From the IMG/VR virus record IMGVR_UViG_3300032332_001006, positions 1-31,307 of that record: a DNA stretch of 31,307 nucleotides; one strand, 5' to 3'. Origin of the DNA: a virus. Its lineage: Duplodnaviria; Caudoviricetes. Shown here in pieces: positions 1 through 7,541 of the stretch (position 1 is the first letter of the stretch; the number at the start of each line of letters is the position of its first letter). The notes under the pieces are model-generated. The model worked only from the letters and a program-made list of their open reading frames with translations, was not told the DNA's origin and did no database searches. The position numbers were made by a program, and so were the translations under genes.

Positions 1-106
1 AAGGCACTGCGCTGTACTGGTTGATGTTGAATCCAGCCACGTTGCCGATCCCAGCCGTGCGAACGAGGTCGCCAGTGATCTGAGGATTGGCCACCACGGT
101 GCTGTC
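1..106. repeat. Terminal direct repeat, copy 1 (circular overlap)
   Basis: Identical to 31202-31307 except A83 vs G31284. Confidence 0.97.
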
Positions 107-637
107 GTTTAAGAGTGCGCCGTAGAAGCTGGGGTTAAGAACAGCGTACCGGCCGTTGACCGGGGCGTTGTTGTTGTTAAGGGTGATTCCGGCCGACACT
201 ACCGAGCGGTAGGAGAAGGCGCTGGAAGCAACCGTCAATGCGCTGGTGAAGGTGGAGGAAGTCACAAGAGCGAGCAAATCCCCAACCATTTGTAACCCGA
301 GGGCGTGCGCGGCTGCGCCGGCGAAACGCTCGATTAGATTGATGTTGGAGCTGGTGCGCTCTTGATCGTCCACAGCGTAGGAAACGTGCTTGAACTTGTT
401 GAGAGTGATCTGCACATCCGTCTGGGTTGCCGCAGTCGCTACGTAACCGTTAGCCTGAGAATAATCCTGGGCGGTCGTCGCAGAAATGCGGTGTGTGTAG
501 ATTGAGGCGTTGTATTTAGCGGCTTCGCTGCTGAAATCCGTGACGGAGTTTCTGAGGAAGCTGTAATCCGCCACGAGGATCTCAAGAGCCCTCTGAGCGA
601 TTACATTGGCATTCGTTGTTCCGATTGTGTTGGCCAT
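1..637 (-). CDS. Major capsid protein, N-terminal part (continues across the circular join into 31201..30948; 296 aa total)
   Basis: ATG at 637 after an AGGAGA Shine-Dalgarno. Reads MANTIGTTNANVIAQRALEILVAD...DVQITLNKFKHVSYAVDDQE, stays in frame with the 30948 ORF (637+254=891 nt), lies right after the scaffold gene and is followed by a terminator hairpin. Confidence 0.88.
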   Translation of the reverse strand, partial: MANTIGTTNANVIAQRALEILVADYSFLRNSVTDFSSEAAKYNASIYTHRISATTAQDYSQANGYVATAATQTDVQITLNKFKHVSYAVDDQERTSSNINLIERFAGAAAHALGLQMVGDLLALVTSSTFTSALTVASSAFSYRSVVSAGITLNNNNAPVNGRYAVLNPSFYGALLNDSTVVANPQITGDLVRTAGIGNVAGFNINQYSAVP

Positions 638-662
638 TGTAGTGTTCTCCTAGTGGACTGGA

Positions 663-1169
663 TTACAGTCCGAGTTTACGGAGCAGTTCCGACCGACGAG
701 CCGGATTCTTTTCCGCGTTGAATTGATTGAGGATTTCTGCCCGGCCGAGCGGTTGGCTCGATTCAGCGGGAACCGCCACTGCACCAGCAGCGTCGGCCTT
801 GGCTTTTTCCAAAGTAGTAGAAGTTTGTTCGTCAGACTTGGCGCTCATTCCGTAAGGTTTGGCCATATCTTCGGCGGGAACTGCAGGAGCTTCGCCCGCT
901 TCTTCGCTCTGTTCACCAGCAATGTCTGCTTTTTGAAGGGCGATCATAGAGTCCATTTTTTCAGAAAGAGCGGTCAACATTCCGACAACGTCCACGAGAG
1001 TAGGTTCTGCCATTTTTTCCACAGGCTTATCGGCAGGCAATTCAGCCAGTTCGGCTTTCGGTGCCTCGACAACTGCGGGAGTTGCAACGGCAGGAGCTTC
1101 GGGTGCGGGAGTTGCCACAACGGCAGGCTCGCTCAGCTCTTTTTTTACTTCGACAGGTGCTTCGTTCAT
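663..1169 (-). CDS. Putative nested in-frame scaffold protein (168 aa, MNEAPVEVKK...)
   Basis: In-frame ATG at 1169, at the protease/low-complexity boundary, with TTGACA (1184-1189) 14 nt upstream, the spacing seen at other late starts. Confidence 0.55.
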   Translation of the reverse strand: MNEAPVEVKKELSEPAVVATPAPEAPAVATPAVVEAPKAELAELPADKPVEKMAEPTLVDVVGMLTALSEKMDSMIALQKADIAGEQSEEAGEAPAVPAEDMAKPYGMSAKSDEQTSTTLEKAKADAAGAVAVPAESSQPLGRAEILNQFNAEKNPARRSELLRKLGL

Positions 1170-1610
1170 TTGAAGTTTTTTCATGTCAACTGCTGTGAAT
1201 GCAGAAAACATGCCTGCGGGATTGGCGGCCGGAGTGCTCACTACGCTGATGTCATAGATTTCGGTTACCCTGGCAAAACGATCGCCCGCTATTTGTTCGG
1301 GTACTCCGCTAAAGGTAAGAGAAAGGCCAAATCCTTCTGGCAATACGTTGGCTAGGTGCTGAACAAATTGCGCTTCGTTGGTGTTAAACAATGTTAAATC
1401 ACCCATGAGGCGATCGCCTTCGATCTTAAAGCCGTCGATATATCCGAGGATGCCAGAGACTTCTGCGCCGTGGCCCATAGTCACTTTGATGCGCTTCATG
1501 GTAAGCGCCACTGCCAGAGCTTGTTCTAGTGAAGTTTGATCAATCAGCAGGTTGTGCCCCTTGGCCTCGCCTACTGTTAAAATTGATACGTTAGAAAGTT
1601 TGTTGGCCAT
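663..1610 (-). CDS. Prohead protease (HK97/S78-like) fused to a C-terminal scaffold domain
   Basis: N-terminal motifs MGH, GLSLTF and DISVVSTPAANP; Ala/Pro/Glu-rich C-terminal half; between portal and capsid. ATG 1610 preferred as start. Confidence 0.78.
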   Translation of the reverse strand: MANKLSNVSILTVGEAKGHNLLIDQTSLEQALAVALTMKRIKVTMGHGAEVSGILGYIDGFKIEGDRLMGDLTLFNTNEAQFVQHLANVLPEGFGLSLTFSGVPEQIAGDRFARVTEIYDISVVSTPAANPAGMFSAFTAVDMKKLQMNEAPVEVKKELSEPAVVATPAPEAPAVATPAVVEAPKAELAELPADKPVEKMAEPTLVDVVGMLTALSEKMDSMIALQKADIAGEQSEEAGEAPAVPAEDMAKPYGMSAKSDEQTSTTLEKAKADAAGAVAVPAESSQPLGRAEILNQFNAEKNPARRSELLRKLGL

Positions 1611-1622
1611 GCTGGCCAACGG

Positions 1623-1629
1623 GTGTCAA
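1623..1629 (-). promoter_or_regulatory. TTGACAC late-gene start motif (protease)
   Basis: 12 nt between motif and ATG 1610; recurs before other late genes. Confidence 0.65.
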
Positions 1630-1630
1630 A

Positions 1631-2140
1631 TCAGTTTCGGCTGAAGATAGGATTGCGTGAAACGGGGTCTGCGGGATCTGGAAAGATTGGGTTGTAGACG
1701 GCTTGCCCAGGTTCGGGTGGGGTGTTCAAATCGTGCATCGCCATCTTTATGGCTACGGCTAGGGCTTCAGCCTCATCCATTTTTTTCATGTACAGCATTT
1801 GATTGTTTAAGCCGCCAAACTTTAGCTCAACAAAAGGGCGTGATGACCCACGTATGGCAAGCCAGCAAATGCCAATAGAGCCTAGAAATATAGTAGAGCC
1901 TGTAAGAATCCAATCTTGTGAAAATAAAATGCCACCCATTAATAAGCCAAAGACCCCAAGCAAAAACCACATTAACCTAACAATCATTCCGCTGTTATCC
2001 CGGCCGTGGCTAACCCCGTGAATTGTTGCTAAGTTATAGGCTTGGTTATATGGATTACCCAAAGTAACCATGTTTTTAGTCACAATAATTTTGTCGTCGT
2101 AATAGTAAATCGTGCCTGTATCTGGTGAATTACCGCTCAC
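1631..2140 (-). CDS. Membrane moron protein, DUF6232-like
   Basis: YYYDDKIIVT...YNLATIHGV N-terminus followed by two TM helices; visibly AT-richer than its neighbours; inserted between portal and protease. Confidence 0.65.
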   Translation of the reverse strand: MSGNSPDTGTIYYYDDKIIVTKNMVTLGNPYNQAYNLATIHGVSHGRDNSGMIVRLMWFLLGVFGLLMGGILFSQDWILTGSTIFLGSIGICWLAIRGSSRPFVELKFGGLNNQMLYMKKMDEAEALAVAIKMAMHDLNTPPEPGQAVYNPIFPDPADPVSRNPIFSRN

Positions 2141-2146
2141 GCCCTA

Positions 2147-2174
2147 ATCGTATGGGCGGATGGTGTGCATACAA
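2147..2174 (-). promoter_or_regulatory. Sigma70-like promoter for the moron (leaderless)
   Basis: TTGTAT-16 nt-TACGAT-6 nt-GTG(2140). Confidence 0.55.
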
Positions 2175-3812
2175 CTACTTTTTGCGGGTAGTTCTTGATT
2201 TCTTGTCTTTTAACCCGACGGCCTTGGCAACCATATCCAGCTCTTTAGAAGAGAGGTTAAAGTCTGGATCGTCTTTCATTGTAAAGGATTCGGATAATAC
2301 TTCCTTAACGCTTTCTTGTGCTTTAGCCACCAGCTCCGCGTCCGGCCCAGCGTTCGGATCTTTTTCTGGATTAATTGGCGTGGGTTCGCCGATTGCGGGT
2401 GCTTCTTTGACTGCTTCAACCGGGGCCGCCACGTCGGTCTGCGGGGTTACGGTTCCGATTGATGCGATGAATTCCCGTTCCTTTGCGATCTGCCTAACCT
2501 GCTCTTCCCAGTCCTGTCCTAACTCCCCAAAGTACCCCTGAAGCGAGGATAAGCCCGCTTTATAGTCCTCTCGTGCCTGCTGTGCCTCTCTACCTGCGTC
2601 CACGGTCAGCGACTTCGGAGTCTGCCACGTTACCTTTGCGTAATCCTCGACGGCCGGTAGATTACCGTTGGCGATTGCTCCGCCAATGAAGTAGCGCCAT
2701 GCACGATTGCAAAATCTGTCGATCAGTAGGCGTTGCCGTTGTTCAAATCTGCGCTGGGCTTTCGCTACAATAAACCGCATCCCTGCCCCGCCGACGCTGG
2801 CTGGGTCGTAGACAAACTCAACGGGCAACCCGAGGCCCATGGCCACGTCACGAATTAGGAACTTGGCGAAAGGTTCAAAGCCAGCGTGGGGCCGATTAGG
2901 CCCAATCATCTCAATCTTTTCCCCAGGTGAAAGGCGTGGGATGGTCGCAGACGATGTGATCTCCTCGCGGGCGATGGTGCTTTCACCGCTGTCCTGCGCC
3001 TGCACGGTTCCAAAGAATCCGCCCTGCCCAGCCAGCTCGTCGCCTTGGTCGGTGGTAATCACTGCCGCAATCGATCCCTGCAATTTCAAAGCGTCCTTTT
3101 CAAACTCGCCTAGCATCTTTAAATCGCGGACGTGGTTTAGTGCGCGAGCGAGTGAAGAGCCGCCACGAATCTGATCGGGCCGTTCCAGCTCCATTAAATG
3201 AATGACGGTATCTGCACCAAGCTTTCGGTACAGCTCGCCCGTCTGAACTAAGTATCCAGTAGGCTCGCCGAGCTTGCCGAGGAACACGCCATCCGATGTT
3301 CCGTAATCATCGCCTTCGCAAACGCGGTGGCCTTCGACAATTTGTAGCTTTGCCTTTTCCGTCATAATGACAAATACGTCGCCGTCCACGTCGATCGATC
3401 GCGATAGTGCCAGCAGCATGTCTGTCCAGGTCATGCGCCCCGTAACTTCGGGCGACGGTACTACCACGTCGCGCCAGTATTCCTCGCACATTCTGCCAAA
3501 GTCCTGATCTACTCCGCGATACTGCGGCCGGAGTCCTGGCCCGATTGAATATGTGGCGATCGAATCCACCGCGCCTTTAATCAGTCCCACGTTGCGGTAC
3601 ATGTGCCGTGCGAGCTTGAGCAACTCAACCCGTGTCGCTTCGTTTAGGTCTAGCCGTGAATCGCGGGCATGGGCGCCGTAAATGACGGGGCGCTTACGGG
3701 AAAAGCCTGCGCCCTCGTAGGGTTGAAACGTGCTGATGCCTGCGCCAAATCCAGCGCCAAACGCTTTAATGCCTGCGCCCATCCGAGCCACGAGTGAAAG
3801 TTTCTGTGCCAT
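2175..3812 (-). CDS. Portal protein, lambda family
   Basis: ARHMYRNVGLIKGAV, DGDVFV, RPDQIRG and RDVAMGLGLPVE motifs; follows terminase and head-tail gene. Confidence 0.9.
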   Translation of the reverse strand: MAQKLSLVARMGAGIKAFGAGFGAGISTFQPYEGAGFSRKRPVIYGAHARDSRLDLNEATRVELLKLARHMYRNVGLIKGAVDSIATYSIGPGLRPQYRGVDQDFGRMCEEYWRDVVVPSPEVTGRMTWTDMLLALSRSIDVDGDVFVIMTEKAKLQIVEGHRVCEGDDYGTSDGVFLGKLGEPTGYLVQTGELYRKLGADTVIHLMELERPDQIRGGSSLARALNHVRDLKMLGEFEKDALKLQGSIAAVITTDQGDELAGQGGFFGTVQAQDSGESTIAREEITSSATIPRLSPGEKIEMIGPNRPHAGFEPFAKFLIRDVAMGLGLPVEFVYDPASVGGAGMRFIVAKAQRRFEQRQRLLIDRFCNRAWRYFIGGAIANGNLPAVEDYAKVTWQTPKSLTVDAGREAQQAREDYKAGLSSLQGYFGELGQDWEEQVRQIAKEREFIASIGTVTPQTDVAAPVEAVKEAPAIGEPTPINPEKDPNAGPDAELVAKAQESVKEVLSESFTMKDDPDFNLSSKELDMVAKAVGLKDKKSRTTRKK

Positions 3813-3814
3813 AA

Positions 3815-4108
3815 TCAGCTATCCAAAATGTAAGAAAATGATGCGCTGGTGCGTGTGACCTGTACGCCGTTTAAGTAATCGATTGCGGCCTGAAATAATT
3901 CAACCCGTTCGGTCGGTTTAAGATCAATTTGGAAGCTGGCCGACTGCCCACCCGCTGAAGATCCAACCAGAGCACGGCCTGATGCTGCGCCCGTCATTGC
4001 CGCGTTGCGGTCAGTGGCAAGGTTGGTCAGGGCGCTTGCGGTAACCCCAGAGGCTTGTGCCAGGTAGTTCGTCGCAACTGCCCGCGTAAGTCTGCGGGAA
4101 ATAGCCAT
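3815..4108 (-). CDS. Putative head-completion (gpW-position) protein
   Basis: 97-aa ORF between terL and portal, as lambda W. Confidence 0.55.
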   Translation of the reverse strand: MAISRRLTRAVATNYLAQASGVTASALTNLATDRNAAMTGAASGRALVGSSAGGQSASFQIDLKPTERVELFQAAIDYLNGVQVTRTSASFSYILDS

Positions 4109-5856
4109 CACGTCGCCACGGGTGTCAACGATTCCTCATCTAGTGAAGCGGTCGGCCTAATGACTTTTCCGTACACGGCAAAGCCAGCCAGATATGTTTC
4201 GCAATCGTATAAGTGATCCTGCCTGCTTTTGATTCGTATCCATTCGTAGTGATCGCGCCCCGTCTTGCGGTTAATCCGATGCACCTTTTTGTGACTGCTC
4301 ATGTGCTCGCGGTAATCTGGGCTTACGTCGTGTGCAATTTCCCAGCGTGGCCCCTGCCCTCGTCGCAACCACGCCAGCATATCCTGGCAAGCTGGCGAAC
4401 TGAGAAGCAGAAGCATGCAGCCCGCGTCTGTGGGTTGTTCGGCTGAGTGTACTGACTTCATCCGCCCGCGTGGCGTTTCGATCCAGTAGGCTGGGCGTTC
4501 TTCGCCCTTCAATGCTTTCCACTTGTAGCGGGCACAGCATCTATATGAATCCTGCGTCTCATAACCTGAATCTAAAATTGTGTGCTGCGGTTGCACTCCC
4601 AACTCATGCAAGTGTTGCGCCACGTCCTCAATCGTTCGTGCCCGGCCTTCGTCAATCAGCCTACTCGTTCCATCCCTAGCGAATGCTCTTACTACAAACC
4701 AATACTCGTCGATTTGTCTGTCTATGGCCGCAAGTTTGATATGTTCCGTTTCCCAATTCTGCTTTTTGGCAAATGCACCCGCTGGAATGTCGACTGTTTT
4801 ATCATCATCAAACTGATCTTCCCATGGCATCGCGCTCCATCCGTTCACGAATCCTTGCAAGCCGTGTAGGTAATGCTTTTGAGTTAGGAACTGTTTGGCG
4901 CAGTCGGCAAAGGTGACGGTCGGCGAGTACCAGCTAGGCAGTCGCATGCTTCGCCTGCCGCGTTCTGCGTTTGGATTTGCTGTCACCCACTTGCCCTGCT
5001 CTACGGCCGATCGCCTGTGGCCCTCAGTCCACGGCTCGTTGCACTTTGTGCAATGGTAGGCGGCCGTCTCGCCGACTTTCTGTAAATCCCATTTGCCGTC
5101 AGGATTGCGTGCGCTATCCGCCCACCGCACTTGCCCGAACTCCATCGCCTGCATTTCACCGCAAGCATGGCAAGGCACGTGGAAAGTTTCCTGCGTTCCT
5201 GCTTGATAGTTTTGCCAAATGTCGCCAGTCGAAAGCGTGGGCGTGCTAGTCAGCACGTGCTTGCGGTTGGGGAAAGCCTTTGTCCGTTCCAGCGCCAGAT
5301 TGTAAGCGGCCGCCTCGCGTTCGGTCGGTGGCGCAAACTTGTCCAGCTCGTCCAGCACTGCAATGCAGATCGGTCGCGAGCTAATGTTGGCCGGGCTATT
5401 CGATCCGACCAGGCTCAGAGTCATGCTGGTAAACTGCATCTCTAGGATTTTAAAATCGTCGCTATCGAATGGAAACAGTGCCCGCACCGGCTTGCACTTC
5501 TCAAAGATCGGAGTAAGTCGCGTTTCGCTGTAGCTCCTAGCCAGATCGGCGTTAGGCATTACGAGCAGTGCTGGCGCTGGATCGTTTGCGATTCTGTACG
5601 CCAGCCAGATCGCAAGAGTCAACGTTTTGCCTGTCTGCGATCCCCAGCAAAGGCTGACGGTATGGACGCCCGGATCGGCCAGTGCTTCCAGTACGCCCGC
5701 CACGTAAGGCGTATACTTGGTTGAGTAAAGACCTGGTCGAGCGGTGATCCTGCTATCTAGCTGGATGTTCTTTTCTGCCCACTCGATGACGGACGGCGGT
5801 GGTTCAAAGTTCCAGCGGTCGCGTTCGCGTTTGAGTAGCTGTTCGGCCGCCTTCAC
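4108..5856 (-). CDS. terL: Terminase large subunit, lambda GpA family
   Basis: Walker A GSQTGKT, Walker B VLDELD, STPT, CxxC pairs, and nuclease motifs IDRQ, LDSG and DHLYDCETY. Confidence 0.95.
   Translation of the reverse strand: MKAAEQLLKRERDRWNFEPPPSVIEWAEKNIQLDSRITARPGLYSTKYTPYVAGVLEALADPGVHTVSLCWGSQTGKTLTLAIWLAYRIANDPAPALLVMPNADLARSYSETRLTPIFEKCKPVRALFPFDSDDFKILEMQFTSMTLSLVGSNSPANISSRPICIAVLDELDKFAPPTEREAAAYNLALERTKAFPNRKHVLTSTPTLSTGDIWQNYQAGTQETFHVPCHACGEMQAMEFGQVRWADSARNPDGKWDLQKVGETAAYHCTKCNEPWTEGHRRSAVEQGKWVTANPNAERGRRSMRLPSWYSPTVTFADCAKQFLTQKHYLHGLQGFVNGWSAMPWEDQFDDDKTVDIPAGAFAKKQNWETEHIKLAAIDRQIDEYWFVVRAFARDGTSRLIDEGRARTIEDVAQHLHELGVQPQHTILDSGYETQDSYRCCARYKWKALKGEERPAYWIETPRGRMKSVHSAEQPTDAGCMLLLLSSPACQDMLAWLRRGQGPRWEIAHDVSPDYREHMSSHKKVHRINRKTGRDHYEWIRIKSRQDHLYDCETYLAGFAVYGKVIRPTASLDEESLTPVAT
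4122..4128 (-). promoter_or_regulatory. TTGACAC late-gene start motif (gpW-position gene, upstream of portal)
   Basis: 13 nt upstream of ATG 4108, inside the 3' end of terL. Confidence 0.6.
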
Positions 5857-6344
5857 AGCGCGGCCTGCACTTGTCGCATTACTTGCCCCACCTCGTTCTC
5901 GACCTCTTTCTGGATCTCGGCGGCTGGCCTATGGGCGCAAATAGGTGCTAGGCGCTTAGGCATGCCAAGTAGTAGCGGGATTAGTGCGTTAGTCCTGCGT
6001 GCCAGTATCTTGTCTGCCTCGTCGATCGGCACCATTTTGCCCTCCGCCTCGTTAATGTCTGGCCGATCGCCCTTCATTTTTCGCAGTGCCTCAACGACGC
6101 GAGTGTAATCGCCTATCAGTGACGAACGCTCCGGCCCGCTTGCCTCCTTGGCTGCCTCGCCCAAAGTGGCGGCCAACGATTCCAGCCGATCGATCTCACC
6201 GTCCAATCCTATCCCGGCGATCGGCTTCATCGGCTTTGCAGTCGCAACCGCCTGCCCCTTCTCAAGCTGGCGACGGGCCTGCCGCAAACCGACGCCGGTA
6301 GCGGCGGCTTGAGCGAGGATTGCGGTGTTTGGTCGGCGTCCCAT
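5853..6344 (-). CDS. terS: Terminase small subunit (putative)
   Basis: N-terminal HTH-like segment and C-terminal LLGMPKRLAP typical of Nu1-like proteins; GTGA-coupled to terL. Confidence 0.7.
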   Translation of the reverse strand: MGRRPNTAILAQAAATGVGLRQARRQLEKGQAVATAKPMKPIAGIGLDGEIDRLESLAATLGEAAKEASGPERSSLIGDYTRVVEALRKMKGDRPDINEAEGKMVPIDEADKILARRTNALIPLLLGMPKRLAPICAHRPAAEIQKEVENEVGQVMRQVQAAL

Positions 6345-6457
6345 AACGTCATTCAATGTTTTTGCGTAAAACTCAAGAAATTACCGAATGTCTATGCCAT
6401 CGCGACAGGTTGCAAAAATTTAAAAGATTCCTTAGGCACTTACGCAAGCTGGCCTAC

Positions 6458-6922
6458 CTAGGCCGCCCCCCGCAGGTCGTTGTACGCCTTCACGATCGGC
6501 TCGGCCTCCGCTAGGAATTGCTCCTTCAGCGCCTTATCCTGGGCAATAAATTTTGCGCCTCTCGACGCAAGCCACTGCCTTGCTTTCATAATAGGAAACA
6601 GGAAGTGCTTGGGTTCGCTTGGCTCGCTCATCGTGATGGGGTCGGGCAAAATGCCGATGCGTAGGTAAGTCTGACGCATAAGGCTTGGATCTGCATCGCC
6701 ACTGCTCAGTCGCTTCTGAGTAGCTGCGACTTTCTCATATCGTTTGCCAACCTCCTCAGTAATCCCTGCCTCCTCACATATCGCCTGCACGTCTTTGCCT
6801 TCAGTTCGTGCTACTGCAATGATCTCGCCAGCGTCAGATGCCAGTGAGATCGTCCTGCCTACCAACTCAATCGCCTTGTCTCTCGTTTCGTTTAGTTTGT
6901 TTATTACGGATAGTAATTTCAT
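6458..6922 (-). CDS. Hypothetical protein (weak DUF3102-like resemblance)
   Basis: 154-aa ORF overlapping the upstream gene; AGEII...GKRYEKVA pattern. Confidence 0.6.
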   Translation of the reverse strand: MKLLSVINKLNETRDKAIELVGRTISLASDAGEIIAVARTEGKDVQAICEEAGITEEVGKRYEKVAATQKRLSSGDADPSLMRQTYLRIGILPDPITMSEPSEPKHFLFPIMKARQWLASRGAKFIAQDKALKEQFLAEAEPIVKAYNDLRGAA

Positions 6923-7392
6923 TTCTTAATGCCTTTCTTTAGTGCGGCCATATTAAATTTAGGCGCTTCACGCCGCCGCTTGGCGTGGACGCGGTATGCC
7001 CGTTTACGGTAGGACTCGCGGGCCTTCTCGCTTTTCTGCGATCGTGCTCGAATACCTAGCCGGTCATAGACTTCTGTGACTTTCTTGCTGATCGCCTGCT
7101 TAGTGATGCCGTAACGCTTGGCCACGGCCGTCATTGATTCAGGCGAACGGTTAAGAGATATGTTTAAAACCGCATGGCCCAGCGTGTCCGTTCGGTTGGC
7201 CATAGCCGGGTGATCGGCAGACTTATCCATTAGGTGCTCTATCACTTTTGTGATAATCGCAACCGTTGAGGTGGTGACCGTAATCTTTAGGTCATCGCAT
7301 GACTCAAAGACCAAGTCTTGCAAGCTATCGATCATGGTAGCGGGATGCGGAATGACCGCTGGTATTCGTTCGATTGCTTCCTGATCTATCAT
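6919..7392 (-). CDS. HTH DNA-binding protein (sigma region-4-like), candidate late regulator
   Basis: SMTAVAKRYGITKQAISKKVTEVYDRLG helix-turn-helix and basic C-terminus; lies between ori and packaging genes. Confidence 0.65.
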   Translation of the reverse strand: MIDQEAIERIPAVIPHPATMIDSLQDLVFESCDDLKITVTTSTVAIITKVIEHLMDKSADHPAMANRTDTLGHAVLNISLNRSPESMTAVAKRYGITKQAISKKVTEVYDRLGIRARSQKSEKARESYRKRAYRVHAKRRREAPKFNMAALKKGIKK

Positions 7393-7406
7393 ATTAAATT
7401 AAACTC

Positions 7407-7540
7407 GTTAGTGCAGTCGTTAGTGCAGTAATGGAAATGGTGTAATGCATTAGTGCAATAATAGGCCCTAAAGGGCCTTTATTACTGCACCTACATGCTC
7501 CGCAATACTGCACTAGTGCAATAAGGGTTACTGCACTAAC
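7407..7540. repeat. Putative replication origin with direct and inverted GTGCA(G/A)T repeats
   Basis: Seven copies in a non-coding gap directly downstream of the primase-helicase, with a central AGGCCCT/AGGGCCT hairpin. Confidence 0.75.
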
Positions 7541-7541
7541 G

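Noticed and set aside
723-1355. 210-aa plus-strand ORF and the many other plus-strand ORFs over late and early genes
   Set aside because: Antisense shadows of clearly identifiable minus-strand genes, with no motifs or expression signals.
7407-7540. Repeat cluster as a CRISPR array
   Set aside because: Repeats are 9-13 bp, in both orientations and irregularly spaced, with no spacer structure and no cas genes.
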